Source of the DNA: Escherichia phage PE37
Strand: one strand, 5' to 3'
DNA: 64,000 nt
Sequence record: NC_054929.1
Shown: piece after piece, positions 1 through 12,641 of the stretch
Layout of the letters: the number at the start of each line of letters is the position of its first letter
Numbering within the stretch: position 1 is the stretch's first letter
The notes under the pieces: model-generated
Database searches by the model: none
Told to the model about the DNA's origin: nothing
The model's input: only the letters and a program-made list of their open reading frames with translations
Program-made: the position numbers and the translations under genes

Positions 1-39
1 TTGGTATTCACATTTATTACGAATATTTTTAAAAAAGTT

Positions 40-69
40 GTTTACAAGACTGTTCCTCTGTGGTATTAT
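40..69 (+). promoter_or_regulatory. T4-type early promoter (-35 GTTTAC, 18-bp spacer, -10 TATTAT)
   Basis: GTTTAC 40-45, TGgTATTAT 61-69; same architecture recurs ten times in window. Confidence 0.5.
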
Positions 70-97
70 TACCCTATCAACTACGGAGGAACAGAAA

Positions 98-211
98 ATG
101 AAAAAGATTGTTAAAGCTATATGGAATGTAGTTATAATACTAGTAGTTTTGAGTATATTCCCAATCGTTTTAATGATTGATGTATTAAACGCTTACTTTG
201 GATTTATGTGA
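98..211 (+). CDS. small hydrophobic peptide (37 aa)
   Basis: GGAGGA 85-90 then ATG 98; single predicted TM helix; below ORF-track size cutoff. Confidence 0.3.
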   Translation: MKKIVKAIWNVVIILVVLSIFPIVLMIDVLNAYFGFM

Positions 212-218
212 GGAAAAT

Positions 219-416
219 ATGAAGCGTAAACGCGGTGCTTTTACATTTATTGAATGGTTTTTCGATAATATTTTTCCGGCTTTATTCATTTTTATGCTGA
301 TTTTCGCCTTAGGTTCAGTTGTAGTTGGAATCTATTTGATGGCAGTAGTCGGAATGGATATTCATCAAAATGGTTTAAAATCCGTAGTTGAAACAATTTG
401 GAATGGTGTAAAATGA
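219..416 (+). CDS. hypothetical small membrane protein
   Basis: track ORF 198-416 begins at TTG; ATG 219 preceded by GAGGAAAAT; hydrophobic core. Confidence 0.45.
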   Translation: MKRKRGAFTFIEWFFDNIFPALFIFMLIFALGSVVVGIYLMAVVGMDIHQNGLKSVVETIWNGVK

Positions 417-523
417 TGAATTTGCTGAGCGGTTGGTTTTATATTCTTATGTTTTACATTGGTGCAAATTTTCCATATTGGATGGGATGGTCAACAACTG
501 CATTTGGATTTTATACTCCTTGA
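413..523 (+). CDS. small hydrophobic peptide (36 aa)
   Basis: ATGA overlap with upstream stop; aromatic/hydrophobic composition. Confidence 0.25.
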   Translation: MMNLLSGWFYILMFYIGANFPYWMGWSTTAFGFYTP

Positions 524-531
524 GGTGAATT

Positions 532-747
532 ATGAAAAGTTTTAAAGATGTAAAAGTTGGTGAAATTTTCTGTTTAGATAACGGTGATCAGTTAATTCGT
601 ATTTCACCTCTTAAGAGCACTAGCGAGAAACCGACAGTTAACGCTACTTTAGCAAATAACAGTAATGAACGTTTCTGTATTGAAAATGATACTGAAACTT
701 ATACCGTAGAAGAGTTTTGGGAATTGAGCGTCGACTGCGACGATTAA
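532..747 (+). CDS. hypothetical protein
   Basis: ORF with GAGGTGAA SD 7 nt upstream of ATG. Confidence 0.5.
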   Translation: MKSFKDVKVGEIFCLDNGDQLIRISPLKSTSEKPTVNATLANNSNERFCIENDTETYTVEEFWELSVDCDD

Positions 748-807
748 TTTAATGGCCGCGTGTATTCATGCGGACTTGGAGTAGAAAATAATTTAGAGGA
801 AATTAAT

Positions 808-1266
808 ATGAAATATATGACTGTTACTGATCTGAATAATGCAGGCGCTACTGTTATTGGTACAATCAAGGGCGGTGAGTGGTTTTTGGGAAATCCACAT
901 AAAGACATTTTATCTAAACCTGGATTTTACTTTTTAGTAAGTAAATTAGATGGTCGTCCATTTAGTAATCCATGTGTGTCTGCACGATTTTATGTAGGTA
1001 ATCAGCGTTCTAAGCAAGGATTCAGCGCAGTTCTAAGTCATATTCGTCAACGTCGGTCTCAGCTTGCACGTACTATTGCAAATAACAATGTTCCATACAC
1101 AGTATTTTATCTGCCTGCTTCTAAGATGAAACCTCTGACGACAGGATTTGGTAAAGGTCAGTTAGCTTTGGCGTTTACTCGTAATCATCATTCTGAGTAT
1201 CAAACACTTGAAGAAATGAACCGTATGTTGGCTGATAACTTTAAATTTGTTTTGCAGGCATATTAA
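808..1266 (+). CDS. ndd: nucleoid disruption protein Ndd
   Basis: 152 aa from ATG 808 with GAGGA SD (track start 760 is GTG); sequence and position upstream of stp match T4 Ndd. Confidence 0.75.
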
Positions 1267-1346
1267 TGAGTAATTTCCATAACGAACATGTGATGCAGTT
1301 CTATCGTAATAATCTTAAAACTAAAGGCGTCTTCGGACGCCAGTGA
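1266..1346 (+). CDS. stp: Stp peptide (26 aa), activator of host anticodon nuclease PrrC
   Basis: translates to [26 protein letters not shown], the T4 Stp sequence; TAATG overlap with ndd stop. Confidence 0.85.
1326..1341 (+). promoter_or_regulatory. GC hairpin with UUCG loop inside 3' end of stp
   Basis: GGCGTC-TTCG-GACGCC; no downstream T-run, so not a terminator; likely RNA stability or processing element. Confidence 0.4.
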
Positions 1347-1353
1347 GGAAAAT

Positions 1354-1512
1354 ATGAATATTGCAAAATTATTAGGAGTTATTTCATTTATTTGTTGGAT
1401 AGTAGCATGTGTTTTAACTATCTGTATTGATGCCAGCAGCGTGTTTTCGCAAGCTTTAGCCCAGGGTATGTGTGCATATTTAACATTTGTGTTGTTATCT
1501 ACTAATGATTAA
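1354..1512 (+). CDS. ac: small membrane protein, probable Ac (acridine sensitivity)
   Basis: 52-aa hydrophobic ORF after stp with GAGGAAAAT SD; position matches T4 ac. Confidence 0.55.
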   Translation: MNIAKLLGVISFICWIVACVLTICIDASSVFSQALAQGMCAYLTFVLLSTND

Positions 1513-1645
1513 GAAAATCTTGGGCTATTCATTAGCCCTTGCTACTTTATTAGTAGCACTATATTATGGAGTAATGTTCGGATTAATTCAAGTCGTGCTT
1601 TTCATTTCTGATGTTATTATGGCACTACATTCACTAGTATGGTAA
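1505..1645 (+). CDS. small membrane protein (46 aa, 52.1-like)
   Basis: hydrophobic ORF between ac and gene 52. Confidence 0.35.
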   Translation: MIKKILGYSLALATLLVALYYGVMFGLIQVVLFISDVIMALHSLVW

Positions 1646-1649
1646 ATTT

Positions 1650-2978
1650 ATGCAACTGAATAATCGCGATTTAAAAAGTATCATTGATAATGAAGCATTA
1701 GCTTATGCTATGTACACGGTTGAAAATCGTGCCATTCCAAATATGATTGACGGATTTAAGCCAGTTCAACGATTTGTTATTGCTCGAGCTCTTGATTTGG
1801 CACGAGGAAATAAAGATAAGTTTCACAAACTCGCTTCTATTGCAGGTGGTGTAGCGGACCTTGGATATCATCATGGCGAAAACTCTGCACAAGATGCGGG
1901 AGCTTTAATGGCTAACACTTGGAATAATAATTTTCCTCTGTTAGATGGTCAAGGAAACTTCGGTTCTCGTACCGTTCAAAAAGCAGCGGCAAGTCGTTAT
2001 ATTTTTGCTCGTGTAAGTAAAAATTTCTATAACGTGTATAAAGATACTGAATATGCTCCAGTACATCAAGATAAAGAACACATTCCGCCTGCTTTCTATT
2101 TGCCTATTATTCCTACTGTTCTTCTTAATGGTGTTTCCGGTATTGCAACTGGTTATGCAACTTACATTCTTCCTCATAGTGTTTCTTCTGTCAAGAAAGC
2201 TGTATTACAAGCTCTTCAAGGAAAGAAAGTAACTAAACCGAAGGTAGAATTCCCAGAATTTCGTGGCGAAGTCGTTGAAATTGATGGGCAATATGAAATT
2301 CGTGGAACATATAAGTTTACTTCACGAACTCAAATGCATATCACTGAGATTCCGTATAAGTATGATCGTGAAACTTATGTGAGTAAAATCTTAGACCCAC
2401 TTGAAGATAAAGGCTTCATTACATGGGATGATGCTTGTGGTGAGCATGGTTTTGGCTTTAAAGTTAAATTCCGTAAAGAATATTCTTTGAGCGATAATGA
2501 AGAAGAACGTCATGCAAAAATTATGAAAGACTTCGGGTTGATTGAGCGTCGTTCCCAGAATATTACCGTTATTAATGAGAAAGGAAAACTACAAGTTTAC
2601 GATAACGTAGTTGATTTAATCAAAGACTTCGTCGAAGTTCGTAAAACTTATGTCCAAAAACGAATTGATAATAAAATTAAAGAAACTGAGTCAGCTTTTC
2701 GTTTAGCTTTTGCCAAGGCACATTTCATTAAGAAAGTAATTTCAGGTGAAATCGTTGTGCAGGGTAAAACTCGTAAAGAACTGACCGAAGAACTTTCTAA
2801 AATTGATATGTATTCTTCTTATGTTGATAAACTAGTTGGAATGAATATTTTTCATATGACTTCCGATGAAGCGAAGAAACTTGCTGAAGAAGCTAAAGCT
2901 AAAAAAGAAGAAAACGAATATTGGAAAACTACTGATGTAGTTACAGAATACACCAAAGATTTAGAGGAAATCAAATGA
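1650..2978 (+). CDS. 52: DNA topoisomerase II medium subunit gp52
   Basis: 442 aa; type II topoisomerase A-subunit-like sequence; T4 gp52 length and position. Confidence 0.95.
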   Translation: MQLNNRDLKSIIDNEALAYAMYTVENRAIPNMIDGFKPVQRFVIARALDLARGNKDKFHKLASIAGGVADLGYHHGENSAQDAGALMANTWNNNFPLLDGQGNFGSRTVQKAAASRYIFARVSKNFYNVYKDTEYAPVHQDKEHIPPAFYLPIIPTVLLNGVSGIATGYATYILPHSVSSVKKAVLQALQGKKVTKPKVEFPEFRGEVVEIDGQYEIRGTYKFTSRTQMHITEIPYKYDRETYVSKILDPLEDKGFITWDDACGEHGFGFKVKFRKEYSLSDNEEERHAKIMKDFGLIERRSQNITVINEKGKLQVYDNVVDLIKDFVEVRKTYVQKRIDNKIKETESAFRLAFAKAHFIKKVISGEIVVQGKTRKELTEELSKIDMYSSYVDKLVGMNIFHMTSDEAKKLAEEAKAKKEENEYWKTTDVVTEYTKDLEEIK

Positions 2979-3124
2979 GTCCATTCATAGGTATTACAAG
3001 CGCTGCATTAGTATCCGGTAGCATTTTACTGGCGGGTTTAGGTGTTGTTCCAGCCGTAGCAGGAGGTCTTCTTGCGTTCGGCATTCAACGTGTTATCATG
3101 ACAGTTATCACAGTCATGCAGTAA
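2975..3124 (+). CDS. small hydrophobic peptide (49 aa)
   Basis: ATGA-coupled to gene 52; Gly/Ala-rich TM peptide; followed by terminator. Confidence 0.35.
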   Translation: MSPFIGITSAALVSGSILLAGLGVVPAVAGGLLAFGIQRVIMTVITVMQ

Positions 3125-3128
3125 TTTT

Positions 3129-3156
3129 AGGGAGAGCCTCGGCTCTCCCTTTTTTA
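3129..3156 (+). terminator. intrinsic terminator
   Basis: AGGGAGAGCC-TC-GGCTCTCCCT stem followed by TTTTT. Confidence 0.7.
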
Positions 3157-3181
3157 TTTCAAAAATTTTTTTCACAAAAAG

Positions 3182-3211
3182 GTTTACAACCAAAGCATAC
3201 TGTGGTACTAT
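3182..3211 (+). promoter_or_regulatory. early promoter upstream of motA
   Basis: GTTTAC 3182-3187, 18-bp spacer, TGGTACTAT 3203-3211. Confidence 0.6.
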
Positions 3212-3252
3212 ACAACTATCAACTACTGATACAGAATTACGGAGATTAGAAA

Positions 3253-3888
3253 ATGTCTAAAGTAACTTACATCATCAAAGCTTCTAACGATGTTCTGAAT
3301 GAAAAAACTGCTGCGATTTTAATTACTATTGCTAAGAAAGATTTCATTACAGCCGCAGAAGTTCGTGAGGTGCATCCAGATTTAGGTAACGCAGTAGTTA
3401 ATAGTAATATTGGGGTATTGATTAAAAAAGGCCTGGTGGAGAAATCTGGTGATGGATTAATCATTACTGGTGAAGCTCAGGATATTATTTCAAATGCAGC
3501 AACTTTATATGCACAGGAAAATGCTCCGGAACTGCTGAAAAAACGAGCAACTCGTAAAGCTCGCGAGATTACTTCCGATATGGAAGAAGATAAAGACCTC
3601 ATGTTAAAACTTTTAGATGAAAATGGATTTGTTCTTAAAAAGGTTGAAACTTATCGTAGTAATTATCTTGCCATTTTAGAAAAACGTACTTACGGAATTC
3701 GCAATTTTGAAATTAACAACAATGGAAATATGCGAATTTTTGGATACAAAATGATGGAACATCATATTCAGAAATTTACTGATATCGGAATGTCATGTAA
3801 AATCGCTAAAAACGGTAATGTGTATCTTGACATTAAACGCTCGGCAGAAAACATTGAAGCTGTAATCACTGTAGCATCTGAACTGTGA
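3253..3888 (+). CDS. motA: middle transcription activator MotA
   Basis: 211 aa; sequence matches T4 MotA. Confidence 0.9.
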   Translation: MSKVTYIIKASNDVLNEKTAAILITIAKKDFITAAEVREVHPDLGNAVVNSNIGVLIKKGLVEKSGDGLIITGEAQDIISNAATLYAQENAPELLKKRATRKAREITSDMEEDKDLMLKLLDENGFVLKKVETYRSNYLAILEKRTYGIRNFEINNNGNMRIFGYKMMEHHIQKFTDIGMSCKIAKNGNVYLDIKRSAENIEAVITVASEL

Positions 3889-3898
3889 GGAATAAATA

Positions 3899-4228
3899 AT
3901 GAACAAGTTAGAAATTGTCAATGAACTTCGTCGTTGTGCAGAACCTACTCAAGAGGGTTGGGATATTTGGTACCATGGAGCTTATCTTGGAACTATCGTA
4001 AAGATTAAGACTGGTAAATACATGATTATTCGTGAAAGTAAAGATGCTCCAGTAGGTATTCGTAATAATTTTATGGCAGCGATAAGTTCATTTACGGATG
4101 CAGCTTACGAAATTTACCTTGCTGATTATAAAGAATTCCAGGAATCTCAACCAGTTATTCGTTCAATTGGTGTTAACAAAGCTCAACAGAAAACTTTGTG
4201 GCAACGTATTAAAGGATGGTTTAAATGA
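3899..4228 (+). CDS. hypothetical protein (arn.4-like position)
   Basis: ORF with SD; synteny between motA and arn. Confidence 0.5.
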   Translation: MNKLEIVNELRRCAEPTQEGWDIWYHGAYLGTIVKIKTGKYMIIRESKDAPVGIRNNFMAAISSFTDAAYEIYLADYKEFQESQPVIRSIGVNKAQQKTLWQRIKGWFK

Positions 4229-4686
4229 AAACTTTTAAAGAACGTTTAGCTCTGTTAGATAAAGCTTTGTTACGTGAGACTCCGGAAAGTCTGGCTGCTA
4301 AATTAGCTTCTTACGGCGGTGAATATACAGAACAAAATGTTTTAGATGAAGTTCCTGAAATCTGTTGGCAGACTGCATATTGGGATGAAAATCAAAAGTA
4401 TCAACGACGAATTGTCTGTGCAGCCAACCGTTTTAAATTAAAAGATGGACGAACTCTTATTATTCCAGGTGCTCGTCATTATTCTAAAGATATGGCAGAA
4501 GTTTTAGATGTAGTTAAACCTCAATTAGTTACTCAACAAGTTTGTGATGATGACCAAGGGTTTATTGACCAATATAGTAATTATTGGACACGTGAAGAAG
4601 CAATGATTATTGCAACTTACGCTGGACAAGTACGTATTGAACGTGGTGGTAGTGAAAAAGAACTTTACTCTGAGGACCTTTACTAA
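4225..4686 (+). CDS. hypothetical protein (arn.3-like position)
   Basis: ATGA-coupled ORF. Confidence 0.5.
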   Translation: MKTFKERLALLDKALLRETPESLAAKLASYGGEYTEQNVLDEVPEICWQTAYWDENQKYQRRIVCAANRFKLKDGRTLIIPGARHYSKDMAEVLDVVKPQLVTQQVCDDDQGFIDQYSNYWTREEAMIIATYAGQVRIERGGSEKELYSEDLY

Positions 4687-4982
4687 TGAATATTAAAAAG
4701 TTTCAAATCGATGGAATTATGAATCAAATCCAGGCGTTGGAATATGCCAATAAAATGATGTCAACTAATTGGGGAATTTATACCAATGAGCCGGCATTTA
4801 AATTTTGTGATATGGAATTTGCCAAAAAGCTTGTAGGAAAAGATTATGTATGTCCATTTAGTTCCCCAATAAATGGAATGCTAAAACCTGCTTTACGCGA
4901 TCTTTATATTGCGATGAACGAAGAAATGATAAAAGAATTAAAACGTCAACTGAAGGTGATTCAATTTGGCCAGGGAAATTAA
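4686..4982 (+). CDS. hypothetical protein (arn.2-like position)
   Basis: ATG overlapping upstream stop. Confidence 0.5.
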   Translation: MNIKKFQIDGIMNQIQALEYANKMMSTNWGIYTNEPAFKFCDMEFAKKLVGKDYVCPFSSPINGMLKPALRDLYIAMNEEMIKELKRQLKVIQFGQGN

Positions 4983-5184
4983 TTCAAAATCTGATTATTT
5001 TAATTCTCTCAATGATAAAGATAAAAATCTAATACGGCATTTTATTGTTGAGATGGGATATACGGATACACACGATTTAAGAGAACATATATTTGAATGT
5101 GGTGTAGCTAAAAAGTTTTCATTCACATGCAAATGTTTGAGAGAGGTAATTCAGCACTATGAACAATTTAGTCGCAAAACATAA
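4966..5184 (+). CDS. hypothetical protein, start uncertain
   Basis: track ORF begins at TTG; first in-frame ATG at 5053 gives only 43 aa. Confidence 0.25.
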   Translation: MAREINSKSDYFNSLNDKDKNLIRHFIVEMGYTDTHDLREHIFECGVAKKFSFTCKCLREVIQHYEQFSRKT

Positions 5185-5267
5185 TTTTAATAAAGCTTCT
5201 GTTCATAAGGATAAGAAGAAAGCGTTTAAAGAATCTAATCGCAAACAGAAACATAAGGGGAAGGTCT

Positions 5268-5546
5268 ATGATTATTGATTCTCAGTCTGTGGTTCAATAC
5301 ACAATCAAAATTGATATTCTAGAAAAGCTATATAAGTTTCTACCAAATTTATACCACTCAATTGTTAATGAATTAGTTGAAGAACTACATCTCGAGAATA
5401 ATGATTTCTTGATTGGAACTTATAAAGACCTCTCAAAAGCAGGATATTTTTACGTAATTCCAGCTCCAGGAAAAAGTATTGATGATGTATTAAAAACTAT
5501 AATGATTTATGTCCATGATTATGAAATTGAAGATTATTTCGAATGA
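5268..5546 (+). CDS. arn: anti-restriction nuclease Arn (McrBC inhibitor)
   Basis: 92 aa; sequence and position next to asiA match T4 Arn. Confidence 0.85.
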   Translation: MIIDSQSVVQYTIKIDILEKLYKFLPNLYHSIVNELVEELHLENNDFLIGTYKDLSKAGYFYVIPAPGKSIDDVLKTIMIYVHDYEIEDYFE

Positions 5547-5695
5547 GTCATAATCTTGAAAAGGTAATCGAGCATAATGTAGCTCAGGAACGTAAGTCGT
5601 TCAAGGAATTCGTAGAAAAAATTTTTGAAGAAAATAACACAGACCAGTTTACAAATCAAGTGTCTGATGATATTATAACAAAGTCAACTAATTGA
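5543..5695 (+). CDS. small ORF (50 aa)
   Basis: ATGA-coupled to arn; below track cutoff. Confidence 0.3.
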   Translation: MSHNLEKVIEHNVAQERKSFKEFVEKIFEENNTDQFTNQVSDDIITKSTN

Positions 5696-5707
5696 GTGGT
5701 ATAGTTA

Positions 5708-5980
5708 ATGAATAAAAATATTGATACAGTTCGTGAAATTATTACTGTTGCGTCTATTTTGATTAAATTTTCCAGAGAAGATATTGTTGAGAATCGTGCT
5801 AATTTTATTGCATTTCTGAATGAGATTGGAGTAACGCATGAAGGTAGAAAGTTAAATCAGAATTCATTCCGTAAAATTGTTTCTGAATTAACTCAAGAAG
5901 ATAAGAAAACCCTCATCGACGAATTCAACGAGGGTTTTGAGGGTGTATATCGATATCTAGAGATGTATACGAACAAATAA
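5708..5980 (+). CDS. asiA: anti-sigma70 factor AsiA
   Basis: 90 aa beginning MNKNIDTVREIITVASILIKF, identical in character to T4 AsiA. Confidence 0.95.
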   Translation: MNKNIDTVREIITVASILIKFSREDIVENRANFIAFLNEIGVTHEGRKLNQNSFRKIVSELTQEDKKTLIDEFNEGFEGVYRYLEMYTNK

Positions 5981-6637
5981 TTATTTAGCCCTTCCTAATA
6001 TTCTGGCCGCCTGAGCACATATTGATTCAAGGCGGTCATTACTTATATGATCATTTCTATACCAGTACATGGTTATCGTTCCAGCATAGATATTATCCAA
6101 ATTAAAATATGGACAACTGTACATGTAGTTTATTTCGGGAGTAGGCTTTTTAGTTGGTAAAAAAGCAAATTTTGAGTTGGAATAATAATGACGTCCATTT
6201 AAATGAACTGCATATTCATCCATAGTTTTATCAACAGGATATCCTCCAAGTGATTTTTCACTTATTGTTGAAGGTAATTTTCCTTCATATGCTATAATAT
6301 CGACAAAATAGTTTAAGTTTTTAGGGCGGAAAGAATACACCGCACTAAAGTCTGCCTCAGATGATATGTGAACTATCTGGAGTTGTTCCAGGGCGACAGA
6401 TTCAAAGCGTGCATTTCTTTCCTTTTCAATAATTTCACTGTATGTTTCATACTTTGATTGCTTATAGTACTCAAAGAAACTATCTCCCCTATACCAAACA
6501 ATCGCCATCATAAACAAAAGAATTACGACAGCTACCCGGGAAGCAAGAACTTTCCCGGTAGCGTTATCTTTGAACAAGCGATCTAGAACACCAAATAAAA
6601 TATCAGAGGGCGAAAATGATATTCTAGGTGCTGCCAT
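5981..6637 (-). CDS. t: holin T
   Basis: 218 aa with N-terminal TM segment; T4 holin length; stop abuts asiA stop. Confidence 0.92.
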   Translation of the reverse strand: MAAPRISFSPSDILFGVLDRLFKDNATGKVLASRVAVVILLFMMAIVWYRGDSFFEYYKQSKYETYSEIIEKERNARFESVALEQLQIVHISSEADFSAVYSFRPKNLNYFVDIIAYEGKLPSTISEKSLGGYPVDKTMDEYAVHLNGRHYYSNSKFAFLPTKKPTPEINYMYSCPYFNLDNIYAGTITMYWYRNDHISNDRLESICAQAARILGRAK

Positions 6638-6667
6638 AGACCCTCCTTTTAAGGATATTTATTCAAA

Positions 6668-10790
<4,123 letters not shown>

Positions 10791-10798
10791 AAGTCCTC

Positions 10799-11455
10799 TT
10801 AATAATAGCCGAAATCTTGAACAGAATCCTTAATAACAATTTGGTCAAATCGTGGAACATGCGAGGGTTGAGATGCAGGATTCTGTGAAAAAAGGTTTGG
10901 CGCAGTTAAATTTCCTGTCATAGTGTCTCCAGAGCGTAATACCCTAGAGTTTGCGTTTGCGGTAACAATATTTATTGCTCCATCAACATAATCTTTCCGC
11001 GTAAGGTCATAATTATTTACTGGTGATAACGAAGTTACACGGATTTGTGATGCTTCAATTACGCCCTTTGAGCTAATATCTCCATTTCGTGTGTTAATTA
11101 CTACAGTTCTACCTGCTGTTCCTTGTGATGATTTAAAACCAATACCATACCACGAAACAATATCCATATTTGTAGTATCATACGTGGCACTATCACCAGG
11201 ACCAGCAAAAATACCATTATCACCTGACCCTGCGCCAGGAACAGTCATTCCTTTATTAAAAATTACTTTATTTAAATATGTACCGCCATTAGCTTTAGAA
11301 ACGAAATCGTTATCAGCAGCTTGTGGTTTATTATATTCTGAATATATTTTAAATGATTTATAGAGTACATCGTCACCGGCTGGATTCAATGGAAAATTTC
11401 CTTGATGCCAAATGACAGAGCCTCCAGTTGTTGAACCTACTTTTAAATCAGCCAT
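10799..11455 (-). CDS. 36: long tail fibre distal connector gp36
   Basis: 218 aa; T4 gp36-like sequence and synteny. Confidence 0.9.
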   Translation of the reverse strand: MADLKVGSTTGGSVIWHQGNFPLNPAGDDVLYKSFKIYSEYNKPQAADNDFVSKANGGTYLNKVIFNKGMTVPGAGSGDNGIFAGPGDSATYDTTNMDIVSWYGIGFKSSQGTAGRTVVINTRNGDISSKGVIEASQIRVTSLSPVNNYDLTRKDYVDGAINIVTANANSRVLRSGDTMTGNLTAPNLFSQNPASQPSHVPRFDQIVIKDSVQDFGYY

Positions 11456-11478
11456 TGTATGCCCCTTTATTTTAATAG

Positions 11479-11486
11479 TATTTATA
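11479..11486 (-). promoter_or_regulatory. late promoter (TATAAATA) for gene 36
   Basis: plus strand TATTTATA = TATAAATA on minus strand, about 24 nt upstream of gene 36 ATG. Confidence 0.6.
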
Positions 11487-11513
11487 AAGAAAAAGGGAAC
11501 CCGAAGGCTCCCT
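11487..11513 (-). terminator. intrinsic terminator after gene 35
   Basis: minus-strand hairpin GGGAGCC-UUCG-GGUUCCC followed by UUUUUCUUU. Confidence 0.55.
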
Positions 11514-11517
11514 CAAT

Positions 11518-12633
11518 TTAAACTTCTCTAAATTCTTGTCCAAACACTTTACCAGTTTTAGACGATGCTTGCGTAGGAAGTACCATTATATCCGGAGGTG
11601 AAGCAGATTCACAGATATAATTAACTCGAATACCATTGACGCCAAACTCGGCAGGTTTTGAAATGCCGCCATTTCTTGACACTTCAGAAAAGCTTAAATT
11701 TCTCATACCGCCTTGACCCGCTTGTGCAGTTCTCTGTGCGTATATCGTAAATCCTACTGCATTTTCAGGAACAACTACATAATCTTCTTTTAATTCCCAA
11801 GACCCAGCTTGTCCGGTAAACTCAGCTTGTGTCGAGGAAATATATCCATTCGATGCATTATAAAAACGGATAGATATATTTGTAGTTCCAAGAGCGAGTA
11901 AATCTGCATCAGCATATAGTTGTGCTTTAAGATAAAGCACATCACCAGGAATTAAATTGTAGTCAGAAAGTTTACTTATCGCGGATGAAGTTGGTAGACG
12001 CGCAATTTCGTTATTAGTTCCACCAACCGCTGACATGAATTGCTCAACACTTTCATACGTTCTTCTTGGAAACCCGGTAGCTCCAACATCTTCTAAACTG
12101 TCAAATACAACATCTAAAATAGTTTGATAGTCATCTGTGCTTTTTCTGTTACTCAGTTTAACATGCTCTAGTGCAATAGCTCTTTTAGAAGAAGTGTAAA
12201 AGGCAGCATATGATACGTCAAATCTTGACAATAAAGAATCAGATGGAAAAGCAGATGTTCCTGCCGTTCTTAACCAAGATACTACTTCAGGAGGAAAATT
12301 AACCTTTCCGCTAGTTAATATAGCAACAAGTCTATTACTTGAAAAAGAATTCATGAAACTAACAAAAGCAGCTGATGTAGTATCATTTGAAGTCGAAAAA
12401 GCATATGACTTACTATCAACCAATGATCCTGTGGAAGGGTCAAAAACTCTTAAATGAAGACCTGCACTAAATGTTTGACTTCCTACAGGATTATCTTGAA
12501 ATTTAACATAAGGCCCTACGGTAGAAAGCGGGCAAGAACCCGCTATACTTATTTTATATCTTACTGAATTGCTTTCCGATAAAAATGGCGTTTGGACATA
12601 TCCTTGTCCAAACTCTGCCATAAATTTTTCCAT
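11518..12633 (-). CDS. 35: long tail fibre hinge connector gp35
   Basis: 371 aa; synteny and T4 gp35-like sequence. Confidence 0.9.
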   Translation of the reverse strand: MEKFMAEFGQGYVQTPFLSESNSVRYKISIAGSCPLSTVGPYVKFQDNPVGSQTFSAGLHLRVFDPSTGSLVDSKSYAFSTSNDTTSAAFVSFMNSFSSNRLVAILTSGKVNFPPEVVSWLRTAGTSAFPSDSLLSRFDVSYAAFYTSSKRAIALEHVKLSNRKSTDDYQTILDVVFDSLEDVGATGFPRRTYESVEQFMSAVGGTNNEIARLPTSSAISKLSDYNLIPGDVLYLKAQLYADADLLALGTTNISIRFYNASNGYISSTQAEFTGQAGSWELKEDYVVVPENAVGFTIYAQRTAQAGQGGMRNLSFSEVSRNGGISKPAEFGVNGIRVNYICESASPPDIMVLPTQASSKTGKVFGQEFREV

Positions 12634-12641
12634 AATACCTC

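Noticed and set aside
760-1266. Longer N-terminal extensions given in the ORF track for ndd, rnh, denA, rnlA, gp33, gp38, uvsW.1 and others, which start at TTG or GTG.
   Set aside because: In each case a downstream in-frame ATG with a well-spaced SD gives the protein length expected for the T4 homolog.
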